Of a stretch of 64,000 nt of DNA, positions 18,675 to 28,000 are shown one piece after another; the first letter of the stretch is position 1; each line of letters starts with the position of its first letter. Location: positions 6,349-70,348 of the forward strand of contig MWEH01000095.1 in assembly GCA_002070965.1 (NCBI GenBank). Reading direction: 5' to 3'. This stretch comes from Firmicutes bacterium ADurb.Bin080. Lineage in GTDB: Bacteria; Bacillota; Clostridia; Christensenellales; DTU072. The notes under the pieces are model-generated. The model saw only the letters and a list, made by a program, of their open reading frames with translations. It ran no database searches and was not told the origin of the DNA. Both the position numbers and the translations under genes were made by a program.

Positions 18675-19439
18675 ATGGGGATACAAAAAAAAGCTAAAGT
18701 ATCCAAGCTCAATGAAAAGCAGAAAAAGATCCTTAACATCATAATAACTGTTGCTCAAGTAGTTTTGATCCTAGTAGCTGTAGTCGCTTCAATTATCATT
18801 CTTGTCAATCCAACCGGTGCTACAATTAGAGAAAAGGGGATAACTCTGATGCCGGTTCTATCCGACTCAATGGATGGAGATCAAGAAGACAGTTTCAAAG
18901 AGGGAGATCTGTTGATTGTTCATGCTCCTGATGCCAAAAAGTATGACCCTACAAAATTGGTTGTAGGTGATATCATTACTTTTGAGTGGACCGTAGCCGG
19001 ACAAAAGATATATAACACTCACAGAATTGTCGATGTGGATGTTTTTGGAGATTCTGTAGTATATACTGCTAGAGGTGATAATCCTAATATCTTAGCAACT
19101 GATACACAGGTTGTTCCTGCAAACAAAGTACTTGGAATTTGTACTGGAAGCTTGAAAGGGGTTGGAAAAACTATAAGTTTCTTACAAACACCTTTGTATT
19201 TCTTATTGGTTATATTACTCCCCTTAGCTTTGTTGTTCATATATAACATCGTGTTGTTTGTAAAAATGATCATGGAACAAAAGTTGGCAAAAGTTGGTGC
19301 ACTTGGCGGAAGCGAAGAAGATGAAGCCACAAGAAAACAAAGAATAATCGATGAATATCTTGCCTCACAACAAAAGCAGGAAGAAAATAAAGTAGAAGTA
19401 GAAGAGACTGAGGCAGAAGAGCCCGGGGACGAGGAATAA
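18675..19439 (+). CDS. SipW-type (ER/archaeal-type) signal peptidase I
   Basis: S26 boxes LSDSMDG (Ser nucleophile), NTHRIVDV (His) and ARGDNPNILATD. N-terminal and C-terminal TM segments and an acidic tail. Start set at the ATG at 18675 after AAAGGAG. Confidence 0.8.
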   Translation: MGIQKKAKVSKLNEKQKKILNIIITVAQVVLILVAVVASIIILVNPTGATIREKGITLMPVLSDSMDGDQEDSFKEGDLLIVHAPDAKKYDPTKLVVGDIITFEWTVAGQKIYNTHRIVDVDVFGDSVVYTARGDNPNILATDTQVVPANKVLGICTGSLKGVGKTISFLQTPLYFLLVILLPLALLFIYNIVLFVKMIMEQKLAKVGALGGSEEDEATRKQRIIDEYLASQQKQEENKVEVEETEAEEPGDEE

Positions 19440-19470
19440 CAATTAGGTCCGGGCGTACAAAAAGATAATA

Positions 19471-19494
19471 ACGCCCTGTACGCAGGGCGTTTTA
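19471..19494 (+). terminator. rho-independent terminator after the first sipW-like gene
   Basis: ACGCCCTG / CAGGGCGT stem with a TACG loop, followed by TTTT. Confidence 0.75.
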
Positions 19495-19558
19495 TGTTAA
19501 AAGGCTATTTGGCTTTTAACAAAATAATAAAAGCTAATTGTAAGGGAAAAATTATTTC

Positions 19559-21118
19559 ATGTTTGGAAATTTCTTAAAAGACTTTTTAGGTATATTCTTT
19601 GGCGGAATATTAGGAATATTTTGGTCTAGCAAAGCATCTGATAATTATGGGGGAATTTTTGGAGCCCTATTCCAGATGTTTAATTTCCCTGCGTATATAG
19701 AAATATTTAAAAATTATGGGGATAAGTTGTCGGCTGGCCTTTGGGTTGCTGCAGCATTTTGCGTGCTACTGGTTCTTGCTGCATTGGTGGCAATTGTCTG
19801 GGTTGTTCTCTTCTTTGGTAAAAGACTTTGGAAGAAAATTGTTGGAGACAAGGTTTTAAATCAGGACTTAATGGATGAAATTGATAATCTTAAGAGAGAA
19901 TTGATTAAGGTTACCAGAGAAAAAGATAGGATTTTGGGATTGAAAATCGCATATCAGGGATATGATGTGACAGAGGGAGAAGAAGGCGAAAGTACCTCGG
20001 GGGCGAAGAAAGAAGGCGAAAGCAGATTCTATAAATTAACTGAAGTTGATTCTTTCTATTCAGATCCCGAATACGTAGCAAGAGAATATGACATTTCTTG
20101 GAATTTGGAAGAACTCTGCGACAGATTTAGAAATTATGCTGCAAATAATCCGGACAGACCTTGGCGTCATCTATATTATGAGCCAAAAATTATTAGATTA
20201 TTCTTTGCATCACTTGCAACTACTCGTCTGGTTATTCTTCAGGGTATATCTGGTACAGGTAAGACATCCCTCCCTGAATGTATGGGACACTTTTTCAAGA
20301 ATGATACTACGATTGCTTCAGTTCAGCCCTCTTGGCGTGATAGAACAGAGCTATTTGGATACTTTAACGAGTTTACAAAGAGGTTTAACGAAACAGAAGT
20401 TTTGAGAGCATTGTATGAATCAACATATAATGAGGACATTCACTTGGTCGTCTTGGACGAAATGAACATAGCCCGTGTCGAATACTACTTCGCAGAAATG
20501 TTATCCATCTTGGAAATGCCTTCAAGAGATCAGTGGATAGTTGACTTGGTTCCTAGCGGTTGGCCTTCCGACCCTAAACACGTTTTAAAAGGTCGTTTTA
20601 GACTTCCTGAGAATGTTTGGTATTGCGGAACAGCAAACAACGACGACTCCACCTTTGCTATATCAGATAAGGTTTATGATAGAGGTATGCCAATAAATAT
20701 CAACAGTAAAGCTGCAGCGTTTGAAGCTCCACTAACTAGTGGCCTTCCAGTTAATTACAAGTATCTTGAAAGTTTATATAAACTTGCCATGGAAAAACAT
20801 AGAGTTTCGGATGAAAACTTGCAGAAGTTTGAGGAAATGGACAATTATGTTATCGAACATTTCAGATTGGCTTTTGGTAACCGTATTGTTAAGCAGCTGA
20901 GAGAATTCGTTCCCGTTTATGTTGCTTGTGGCGGAACAGAAATTGATGGACTTGATTACGTCCTTTGTAATAAAATCCTACGCAAGTTTGAATCCTTAAA
21001 CTTGGCATACATCCGTGACGAGGTCGATGACTACATCCTTTATTTGGATAATCAATTCGGCGAAGAAAATATGGGTGAATGTAAAGATTATCTCCGCCGC
21101 TTGAAGAAGTTGTTCTAG
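19559..21118 (+). CDS. membrane-anchored McrB-family (AAA_5-like) AAA+ NTPase
   Basis: Hydrophobic N-terminus (FLGIFFGGILGIFW.. and LWVAAAFCVLLVLAALVAIVWVVLFFG), then a short coiled segment. Walker A GISGTGKTS, SVQPSWRDRTELFGYFN, Walker B and McrB-like signature VVLDEMNIARVEYYFAEMLSILE, and GTANNDDSTF. Confidence 0.75.
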   Translation: MFGNFLKDFLGIFFGGILGIFWSSKASDNYGGIFGALFQMFNFPAYIEIFKNYGDKLSAGLWVAAAFCVLLVLAALVAIVWVVLFFGKRLWKKIVGDKVLNQDLMDEIDNLKRELIKVTREKDRILGLKIAYQGYDVTEGEEGESTSGAKKEGESRFYKLTEVDSFYSDPEYVAREYDISWNLEELCDRFRNYAANNPDRPWRHLYYEPKIIRLFFASLATTRLVILQGISGTGKTSLPECMGHFFKNDTTIASVQPSWRDRTELFGYFNEFTKRFNETEVLRALYESTYNEDIHLVVLDEMNIARVEYYFAEMLSILEMPSRDQWIVDLVPSGWPSDPKHVLKGRFRLPENVWYCGTANNDDSTFAISDKVYDRGMPININSKAAAFEAPLTSGLPVNYKYLESLYKLAMEKHRVSDENLQKFEEMDNYVIEHFRLAFGNRIVKQLREFVPVYVACGGTEIDGLDYVLCNKILRKFESLNLAYIRDEVDDYILYLDNQFGEENMGECKDYLRRLKKLF

Positions 21119-21182
21119 TCAAACTGAATATATTTCAGCTGATGTATAAATAAGTGTATTTTGGGAGTTAACGTAGGTATTT

Positions 21183-23168
21183 ATGGCTCAATCACAGTAT
21201 GATGAGATTATTTTCCAGATAAATAATCTCCTTAAACAGGAGAAGATTTATCCATTGTACATGGGGTCAATTGCCGAAGGCAAAAACGACTATAAAATCA
21301 GCCAGGTTTACACAAAAAAGAACTATGATGACAGCTGGATAACTACCCTTGAAGAGTGTATTGTTCCTCTAGACACCATAGTAAGAAACCCCAGAAAGTT
21401 CATTATTATCGAAGAAGATATAGTCGATGTATCTTTAGCTAGATCCATTTCTATTGAATCAGTCAAGCATTTGGCTCAACATACCAACTTGATAGCAGCC
21501 GTTAAGAAAGATGGCTCAATTATCCCTTCAAAAATTCTTAATACCAGCAAGGAAGAGAGCTTTGAGATATATGAAAACCGTTTTATATACACCCTCTTAT
21601 TAAAGGTTAACGAGTTCGTTGAAAGAAGAACCGGGATTGTAAAAAAAGCATTGATGCAAGCTGGGGCACTTGGGGTCGACATCAAGTCAAATTTTAAAAT
21701 TAATGACTTCAGCGTAGACTTCACAATGAGCAATTCAGCAAACTTCCCTTTCGAGGCAGCCTTCAAGAAACAAGGAGACGAACACTCTGACCTTGAAAGA
21801 ATTGCATATATTACTCGTATTTACCAGGACTTCTTGTCCTCTCCATTTGCAAAAGAGCTAAAAAACTGCGCACTTGTTCGTCCCCCTATTACTCGTACTA
21901 ACGTAATTCTAAAGGATCCAAACTTTAAAAAAGCCCTAACTTTATGGCAGTTCGTTGAAAGTGCGGAAAAAATGGACTTCCGAATAGATACAGTAACTGA
22001 GGCGACTGATTTAAACGCCACCCTTACAGAAAAATATCGTGGTATCGTTTTCTTAAATACTGTTCTTCTTCAATCTATTGCCGAAACCAGACAAGAAAAT
22101 GAATCCTTAGAAAAAACGCTTAAACAAGACCAGGTTTTAGCAGATGATTATGTTACGAAAAATATAGATGACTTTGTCCCGGATGATTTCCCGCAGCTTA
22201 AGATGGATCTGAACGAAGTCAGACGAATATATTATCGTGTTCCAGGGCAAAAAACCCTTAGTTTAACAGAAATTGCAAAAGTTAATGCAGCTTTAGACAG
22301 GGTATACAGACAATATAGAATTAACAAAGCCAGAGATGACAGTATCACCAAAAAGAGATTAATTGCTAAACAGCTTGAAGAAGAAGCTCAAGCTAAACGA
22401 CTAGCTCTTAGGGAAGCTAGAGACATAGAAAGAGCAAAGAAACAAGAGGAAGCAAGGAGACGACTTGAACAAAGAAAGCTTGAAGCCGAAAGAAGAGCTG
22501 CACTTGAACGTGCTGAACAAGAGAGATTAGAAGCCGAAAGAAGAGCTGAAGAAGAGAGAATTCTTTTAGAGGCAGAAAAAGTACGTCTTGAGCAAGAAAG
22601 AAAGCGTCAAGAAGAAGAAAAACGAATTGAAATAGAAAAACAAGCTGCCGAAGAAGCGCATAAACTGAAAATTATTGAAGAACAAAAGATGGCCGCGCGT
22701 ATCCAGCAGGAAATGGAAGAATATAAAGCACGTCTTGAATCTGAAGAAAAGAGAATTGAGCTTGAACTGATTGAGAGACAGGAAAACTATTGGAAGAAGC
22801 AAAAAGAACTTCAGTTAAGATTACAAGTTGAAGATGATAAGACAAAGATATTTGAAAAGGAAACCTTCTATTTCTCGAAAGTTAAAAAAGATGAGAAGAA
22901 CAAAATGACAAAGCTTGAAATGCTTCGCAATACCCTCAGAAATGCGATGATCGTGGAGCATTACCAGGAAATTGAGAGCATATTAGAGTCTGCAAAAGAA
23001 CATTATTCCGAAGAACAATTAAAGGAAATCCGCGCCGAAATAAAAGCCACTGAAAAAGCTGAAGAAAAGAAAAGAAAAAAGAAAGAAAATAAAGGGCGCA
23101 AAAACGGACTTCAAAAGCTGACTGGGTTGTTTTCAAAGAAGGATAAAGATATAATAGAGAATAAATAA
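21183..23168 (+). CDS. McrC-N-terminal-like (DUF2357-like) protein fused to a long E/K/R-rich coiled coil; no nuclease domain recognised
   Basis: The N-terminal ~330 aa contain EESFEIYENRFIYTLLLKVNEFVERR (the ENRF-type motif of McrC-like partners). aa ~385-560 are almost pure E/K/R/A/L/Q heptad-like sequence (LEAERRAALERAEQERLEAERRAEEERILLEAEKVRLEQERKRQEEEKR..). Basic K-rich tail. Confidence 0.5.
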   Translation: MAQSQYDEIIFQINNLLKQEKIYPLYMGSIAEGKNDYKISQVYTKKNYDDSWITTLEECIVPLDTIVRNPRKFIIIEEDIVDVSLARSISIESVKHLAQHTNLIAAVKKDGSIIPSKILNTSKEESFEIYENRFIYTLLLKVNEFVERRTGIVKKALMQAGALGVDIKSNFKINDFSVDFTMSNSANFPFEAAFKKQGDEHSDLERIAYITRIYQDFLSSPFAKELKNCALVRPPITRTNVILKDPNFKKALTLWQFVESAEKMDFRIDTVTEATDLNATLTEKYRGIVFLNTVLLQSIAETRQENESLEKTLKQDQVLADDYVTKNIDDFVPDDFPQLKMDLNEVRRIYYRVPGQKTLSLTEIAKVNAALDRVYRQYRINKARDDSITKKRLIAKQLEEEAQAKRLALREARDIERAKKQEEARRRLEQRKLEAERRAALERAEQERLEAERRAEEERILLEAEKVRLEQERKRQEEEKRIEIEKQAAEEAHKLKIIEEQKMAARIQQEMEEYKARLESEEKRIELELIERQENYWKKQKELQLRLQVEDDKTKIFEKETFYFSKVKKDEKNKMTKLEMLRNTLRNAMIVEHYQEIESILESAKEHYSEEQLKEIRAEIKATEKAEEKKRKKKENKGRKNGLQKLTGLFSKKDKDIIENK

Positions 23169-23207
23169 TCTCTTATTATTTCCTGTTCTTTTGGGAGAGA
23201 TCTCTTA

Positions 23208-23948
23208 ATGATTGAATATAAATCGAAAGATTCTATTTCTAAACAAAAAAATCCAAAAAAGGGCGTAAAACTCGCGATAAATATCGCTACTTGGGTAGTG
23301 TTTATCATAATTTTTCTTTTAGTTTTTTCCGTACTTATTCAAAGTATAATGGGAGTTACTCCAAACCTTTTTGGCTACAGGTTTTATTTTGTACTTACTT
23401 CCAGTATGTCTCCCGAACTAAACCCTGGTGATGTTATTTTAAGTAAGTTATATAATGATGAAAAGAATATACCTGAACTAAAAGTCGGGGATGTGGTCAC
23501 TTACATAATTCCGGAGGGACAACCTAGAGCCGGATACCCTAATACTCATAAAATTATTACAGCTCCTTATGAAGACGAAGGGAAAACATATATAGTAACT
23601 AAGGGAGTTAATAACGTTATAGCCGATGCCCCCACTCCAGTAGAAAATGTGGAAGCTGTAATGGTACGCAAGTCTTCTTTTATGTCAGTATTGTATGGCT
23701 GGTTTATCGGAGGGAATACAGTGCTGATTATTCTGTTTATTGTCCCCTTCCTATTCATCATCGGATCTTTGATCTACCGATTGGTAGTTACTCTGAAATC
23801 AAAATCTACTCAACCCGTTCCTCCTGTCGAAGATGAGGATTACAAAAAGAAAGTAATAGAGGATTACTTGAAAAATACTGAATCAAAAAAGAAAGAGGAT
23901 CCGGATAATGAGTTGCCGCCTTTATCAGAGGATGAAAAAGAAGATTAG
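23208..23948 (+). CDS. second SipW-type signal peptidase I
   Basis: S26 boxes LTSSMSPEL, NTHKIITA and TKGVNNVIADAP. N- and C-terminal TM segments and an acidic tail. It lies 39 nt downstream of the coiled-coil gene with no terminator between them. Confidence 0.8.
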   Translation: MIEYKSKDSISKQKNPKKGVKLAINIATWVVFIIIFLLVFSVLIQSIMGVTPNLFGYRFYFVLTSSMSPELNPGDVILSKLYNDEKNIPELKVGDVVTYIIPEGQPRAGYPNTHKIITAPYEDEGKTYIVTKGVNNVIADAPTPVENVEAVMVRKSSFMSVLYGWFIGGNTVLIILFIVPFLFIIGSLIYRLVVTLKSKSTQPVPPVEDEDYKKKVIEDYLKNTESKKKEDPDNELPPLSEDEKED

Positions 23949-24090
23949 TTTTTATTTTTCTCTCGAAAAGACATATTCATAAGCCTAAAAATTGTTCGAA
24001 AAATGATCTTTTATATGGAGTATAAAATGTTTTGTTTTATGCTCCGTTTTTTTGTTATATAATCTATACATAATAAATAGGAGTATTTAT

Positions 24091-25230
24091 ATGAAAGTTG
24101 TTATTGCACCGGATAGTTTTAAAGGAACAATGAAGGCCTCAGAAGTGGCTGATATCATTGAAAAAGGGGTATTAGATGTCTTCCCAAATGCTAATATTTC
24201 AAAGATTCCCTTTTCTGATGGAGGGGAAGGAAGCGCTGAGTGCTTTCACTCCGCTATTGGTGGGGAATTAATTAATGTAAGGGTTAAAGATCCACTTGGG
24301 AGGATAGTTAATGCTCACTACTTGTACAAAGATGGACTTGCTATTATTGAGTCAGCTCAGGCTTGCGGTCTTCCACTACTTAATGAAGACGAGAAGAACC
24401 CTTTAGTAACTACAACTTATGGTGTGGGCGAATTAATATCGTTTGCACTCGACAAGGGAGCCCAGAAGATCGTTCTAACCCTTGGTGGAAGCTCAACTAA
24501 TGATGGCGGAGCTGGAATGGCTGCAGCTCTTGGAGTTAAATTCATTAATAAATCAGGCATTAGCTTTGTCCCCGTTGGAGGAACCTTAAATGAAATAAAC
24601 TCCGTCGATATGACAAGTATTGATAAAAGAATATTTAGAACTGAATTTATAGGTATGTGCGATGTAAAAAACACAGTTTGTGGGGAATTTGGGGCAAGCG
24701 CAGTATATGCCCCGCAAAAAGGTGCTTCTCCAGCAGATGTCGAGGAACTAGAAAATGGATTATGTCATCTTACAGAAATTTTAAATAGCATGAACAATAT
24801 AGACTACTTTTCTTCTGAAGGTGGAGGCGCAGCCGGAGGATTAGGCCTTGCGGTTCTTGCATTTTTAAAAGGAAAACTCGTAAGTGGAATTCAACTAATG
24901 ATGGAAATAGCCGAGTTTGATAGAAAAACTGCTGATGCAAACCTTCTTATTACTGGAGAAGGAAGGCTTGATAGACAAAGCTTTATGGGAAAAGTAATCG
25001 ATGGGATGTCTCAAAAAGCCATTACTCACCAAATCCCACTAATAATTATTGCCGGATCTGTTACTTCAGAAGTTACCCCTGATATATTAAAAGAACATGG
25101 GGTAATTATCGCGGAAAGCACTGATCTTACCGGAAAACCCTTTAAAGAGATTAGACACAGAGCAAAACAAGACCTTGCGCTTGCTTCAGTCAGAGTAATG
25201 CAAAAATACAAAGAAATGATTGAAGAATAA
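24091..25230 (+). CDS. glycerate kinase
   Basis: MKVVIAPDSFKGT.. N-terminus and LLITGEGRLD.QS..GK motif typical of GlxK/GarK. Start at the ATG at 24091 after AGGAG. Confidence 0.9.
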   Translation: MKVVIAPDSFKGTMKASEVADIIEKGVLDVFPNANISKIPFSDGGEGSAECFHSAIGGELINVRVKDPLGRIVNAHYLYKDGLAIIESAQACGLPLLNEDEKNPLVTTTYGVGELISFALDKGAQKIVLTLGGSSTNDGGAGMAAALGVKFINKSGISFVPVGGTLNEINSVDMTSIDKRIFRTEFIGMCDVKNTVCGEFGASAVYAPQKGASPADVEELENGLCHLTEILNSMNNIDYFSSEGGGAAGGLGLAVLAFLKGKLVSGIQLMMEIAEFDRKTADANLLITGEGRLDRQSFMGKVIDGMSQKAITHQIPLIIIAGSVTSEVTPDILKEHGVIIAESTDLTGKPFKEIRHRAKQDLALASVRVMQKYKEMIEE

Positions 25231-25306
25231 AAGAATCTTATTAAGATCACCTAGATATATATATTTCAAATTAAGTCATTGGATTTTTCTTGTAACGTGA
25301 GAAAAA

Positions 25307-26509
25307 TTATATTCTTTTTATTAAAGGAAGAAGACTAACCCCGGATAAGCTATACTTAACTTTTAAAATGTCTGCTATAGTAGCCCCTATATATGAAAAT
25401 GAAGGGATAATCCCAAGAGGGAAATCCTTTTTGATTTTATCTCCAAAAAATAGAAGTGGAACATATTCACGAGAGTGGTCGGTTGAGGGACTTTTGGGGT
25501 CACACCCATGATCAGCAGTTATTATTAGTATATCGTCATTTTCCATTTTACTAATAAATGAACCCAACCAAGTATCAAACTCCGAAAGTGCCCTCGCATA
25601 CCCCTCTACATCATTTCTATGGCCGTAAAGCATATCGAAATCAACTAAGTTAGTAAATACTAATCCAGCAAAGTCTTTTTCTAAATATTGCATAGCATTC
25701 TTCATGCCATCTTGATTCGATATAGTATGAATCGATTTTGTCAGCCCTTGCCCTACAAAAATATCCTCAATTTTCCCTATACCAATAACATCATATCCTG
25801 CTCTCTTGAGGATATCTAAAAGAGTTTCTGAAGGAGGCTTCAAGGAAAAATCCCTTCTTTTTGCAGTTCGAGAAAAATTACCGGGAATTCCAATAAATGG
25901 TCGGGCAATTACTCTCGCTACAGCGTGAGTACCTACAAGAATCTTTCTTGCGATCTCACAGTATCTATATAGTTCTTCAACTGGAATTACATCCTCATGT
26001 GCGGCTATTTGAAAAACACTGTCCGCAGAAGTATATACAATCAAATCTCCCGTCTGCATATGGCATAAACCATACTCCTCAATTACTGCAGTACCTGAAA
26101 ACGGAAGATTGCATAAAACTTTTCTTTCGGTTTGTTTTTCAAATAAATCAATTATGGCTTTGGGAAAGCCTGACGGATAGGTAGGAAAAGGTGTCTCAGA
26201 AATTAGTCCGGTTATTTCCCAATGGCCAGTGGTAGTATCCTTTCCCTTTGATCTCTCAGCAGCTTTTCCATATGCCGCAATCGCCTTATTTTGAGTAGCA
26301 GGAATATTTATGTCTGGAATTTTATAAATTCCCATGTTTATTAGATTAGGTATTCTTAAGTTAACACTTTGGGATAATGATTTTAGGGTATTAGGGTTAA
26401 TATCGTTATAAAAAGAAGCGTCTGGTAATGCGCCAATACCAAGTCCATCAAGAATAATAAGGTGTACTCTTAAATTGGTCTTTTTTCCCTCTTCACTTGC
26501 TTTAACCAT
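25307..26509 (-). CDS. deoB: phosphopentomutase
   Basis: ~400 aa with ..ILDGLGIG.., TTGHWE and ADHGCDP motifs of DeoB. Confidence 0.9.
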   Translation of the reverse strand: MVKASEEGKKTNLRVHLIILDGLGIGALPDASFYNDINPNTLKSLSQSVNLRIPNLINMGIYKIPDINIPATQNKAIAAYGKAAERSKGKDTTTGHWEITGLISETPFPTYPSGFPKAIIDLFEKQTERKVLCNLPFSGTAVIEEYGLCHMQTGDLIVYTSADSVFQIAAHEDVIPVEELYRYCEIARKILVGTHAVARVIARPFIGIPGNFSRTAKRRDFSLKPPSETLLDILKRAGYDVIGIGKIEDIFVGQGLTKSIHTISNQDGMKNAMQYLEKDFAGLVFTNLVDFDMLYGHRNDVEGYARALSEFDTWLGSFISKMENDDILIITADHGCDPKSPSTDHSREYVPLLFFGDKIKKDFPLGIIPSFSYIGATIADILKVKYSLSGVSLLPLIKRI

Positions 26510-26530
26510 TTTTTATTTCCTCATCAATGA

Positions 26531-27241
26531 TTAGTCAGCAGTTCTAAGTGCAACTTCAAACATGGAGGCAAAAGATTTCTCTCTTTCCTCTGCTGTTAAA
26601 TTGGGGGCGTTTTTATCCACCAGGCTATCTGAAGCTGTGCAGATTAACAAAGCGTTCTTATTTGCTTTATATGCGTTCATATAAAGGGCTGCGCCTTCCA
26701 TCTCAACAGCTATAATATTATATTTTATAAAGTAAGGAATTTTTGCTGCTTCCCCATAAAAAACATCTGAAGAGAAAACATTTCCTATTTTAGGAATAAT
26801 GTTTAGAGATTCACAAACTTTATTTGCGCGGTTTAGAAGATATGGGCTAGCTTCTCCAATAAAATCCTTTTCCAACCCAAAGTTTTCAGCAAAACTGGAG
26901 GTTGTATAGGCTTTGTCCCCGATTACCAAATCTCTTACTTTAACTGAGTTATGGGTTGCTCCGCAAGAGCCAACCCTGATTACATTTTTAACGTCATAGA
27001 AGTTAAAGAGTTCATAAGCATATATTCCTATAGACGGCATCCCCATTCCGGAAGCCATTACTGAAATACGCTTACCCTCAAAGAACCCGGTATATCCTTG
27101 TATTCCTCTTACATTGTTTACTAAAACAGCTTTATCTAAATAATTATCGGCAATAAACTTGGATCTTAGTGGATCTCCCGGCATCAAAACAGTATCTGCA
27201 AAATCGCCTATTTTCGCTGTAATGTGTGGAGTCGGTATCAT
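26531..27241 (-). CDS. deoD: purine-nucleoside phosphorylase (DeoD type)
   Basis: The N-terminus TPHI.A..GDFADTVLMPGDPLR.KFIA and the VEMEGAAL motif are DeoD hallmarks. Confidence 0.9.
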   Translation of the reverse strand: MIPTPHITAKIGDFADTVLMPGDPLRSKFIADNYLDKAVLVNNVRGIQGYTGFFEGKRISVMASGMGMPSIGIYAYELFNFYDVKNVIRVGSCGATHNSVKVRDLVIGDKAYTTSSFAENFGLEKDFIGEASPYLLNRANKVCESLNIIPKIGNVFSSDVFYGEAAKIPYFIKYNIIAVEMEGAALYMNAYKANKNALLICTASDSLVDKNAPNLTAEEREKSFASMFEVALRTAD

Positions 27242-27294
27242 AATAATCCTCCATTTGTGGTTTTTCCCAAATATTATAAATAATCAGTAATTAC

Positions 27295-27960
27295 CTATAA
27301 TCCCATAGAGATAGCTTCTTTCACAAGACTACTTGCCCCTATCCTATCGCATCCCATATCTATAAACTCTTTGGCTCTCTCTAAAGAGCGAATCCCACCT
27401 GCGGCCTTTATCTTCAGCTCAGGAAATCTGTTGGATTTGAATATCTCTATATCACTATCCTTTGCGCCTTCTTTCGAGAATCCTGTGGATGTTTTTATAT
27501 AATCTGCCCCTGATGAAGATACTATCTTGGTAATTTCTTGAATTTCAAAAGGGGTTAAAAGACAGGTTTCAACAATAACTTTTAAAACATTGTTTCCTAT
27601 TGCCTTTTTTATTGAAGATATTTCATCAAGTATTTTTTCATAGTTATTTTGTTTTAGGTCGCCAATGTTTATAACCATATCCACTTCATTAGCGCCCTCA
27701 TTTAAAGCATTAACCGATTCTACAATCTTTGTAGCCTTTGTAGAATAACCCAGAGGGAAACCTATTACAGTGCAGATATTAAGAGTTGGTGCTTTTCTCC
27801 TCGCATATGAAACAAATGAAGGAGGGATACAAACACTAGCAGTATTGAATCTAATTGACTCTTCAATTAGTATATCAATATCCTTCTCGGTCGTATCCGG
27901 TCTTAAGCAGGTATGATCGGTGTGTCTTAAAACTTCGTATATTTCCTCTTTCGATAACAT
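27295..27960 (-). CDS. deoC: deoxyribose-phosphate aldolase
   Basis: 221 aa with ..DHT.L.. near the N-terminus and VKVI.ET..L and IKTSTGF (Schiff-base Lys) motifs. Confidence 0.9.
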   Translation of the reverse strand: MLSKEEIYEVLRHTDHTCLRPDTTEKDIDILIEESIRFNTASVCIPPSFVSYARRKAPTLNICTVIGFPLGYSTKATKIVESVNALNEGANEVDMVINIGDLKQNNYEKILDEISSIKKAIGNNVLKVIVETCLLTPFEIQEITKIVSSSGADYIKTSTGFSKEGAKDSDIEIFKSNRFPELKIKAAGGIRSLERAKEFIDMGCDRIGASSLVKEAISMGL

Positions 27961-28000
27961 GAATTCCTCTTCACTAATTTATTCTTGATTGTTCTGAGTA

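Noticed and set aside
19559-23168. A classical McrBC type IV restriction system
   Set aside because: The AAA+ protein has TM segments instead of a DNA-binding N-domain. I could not find a PD-(D/E)xK nuclease region in the partner, whose C-terminal half is a charged coiled coil. The idea is kept only as an alternative, not a call.
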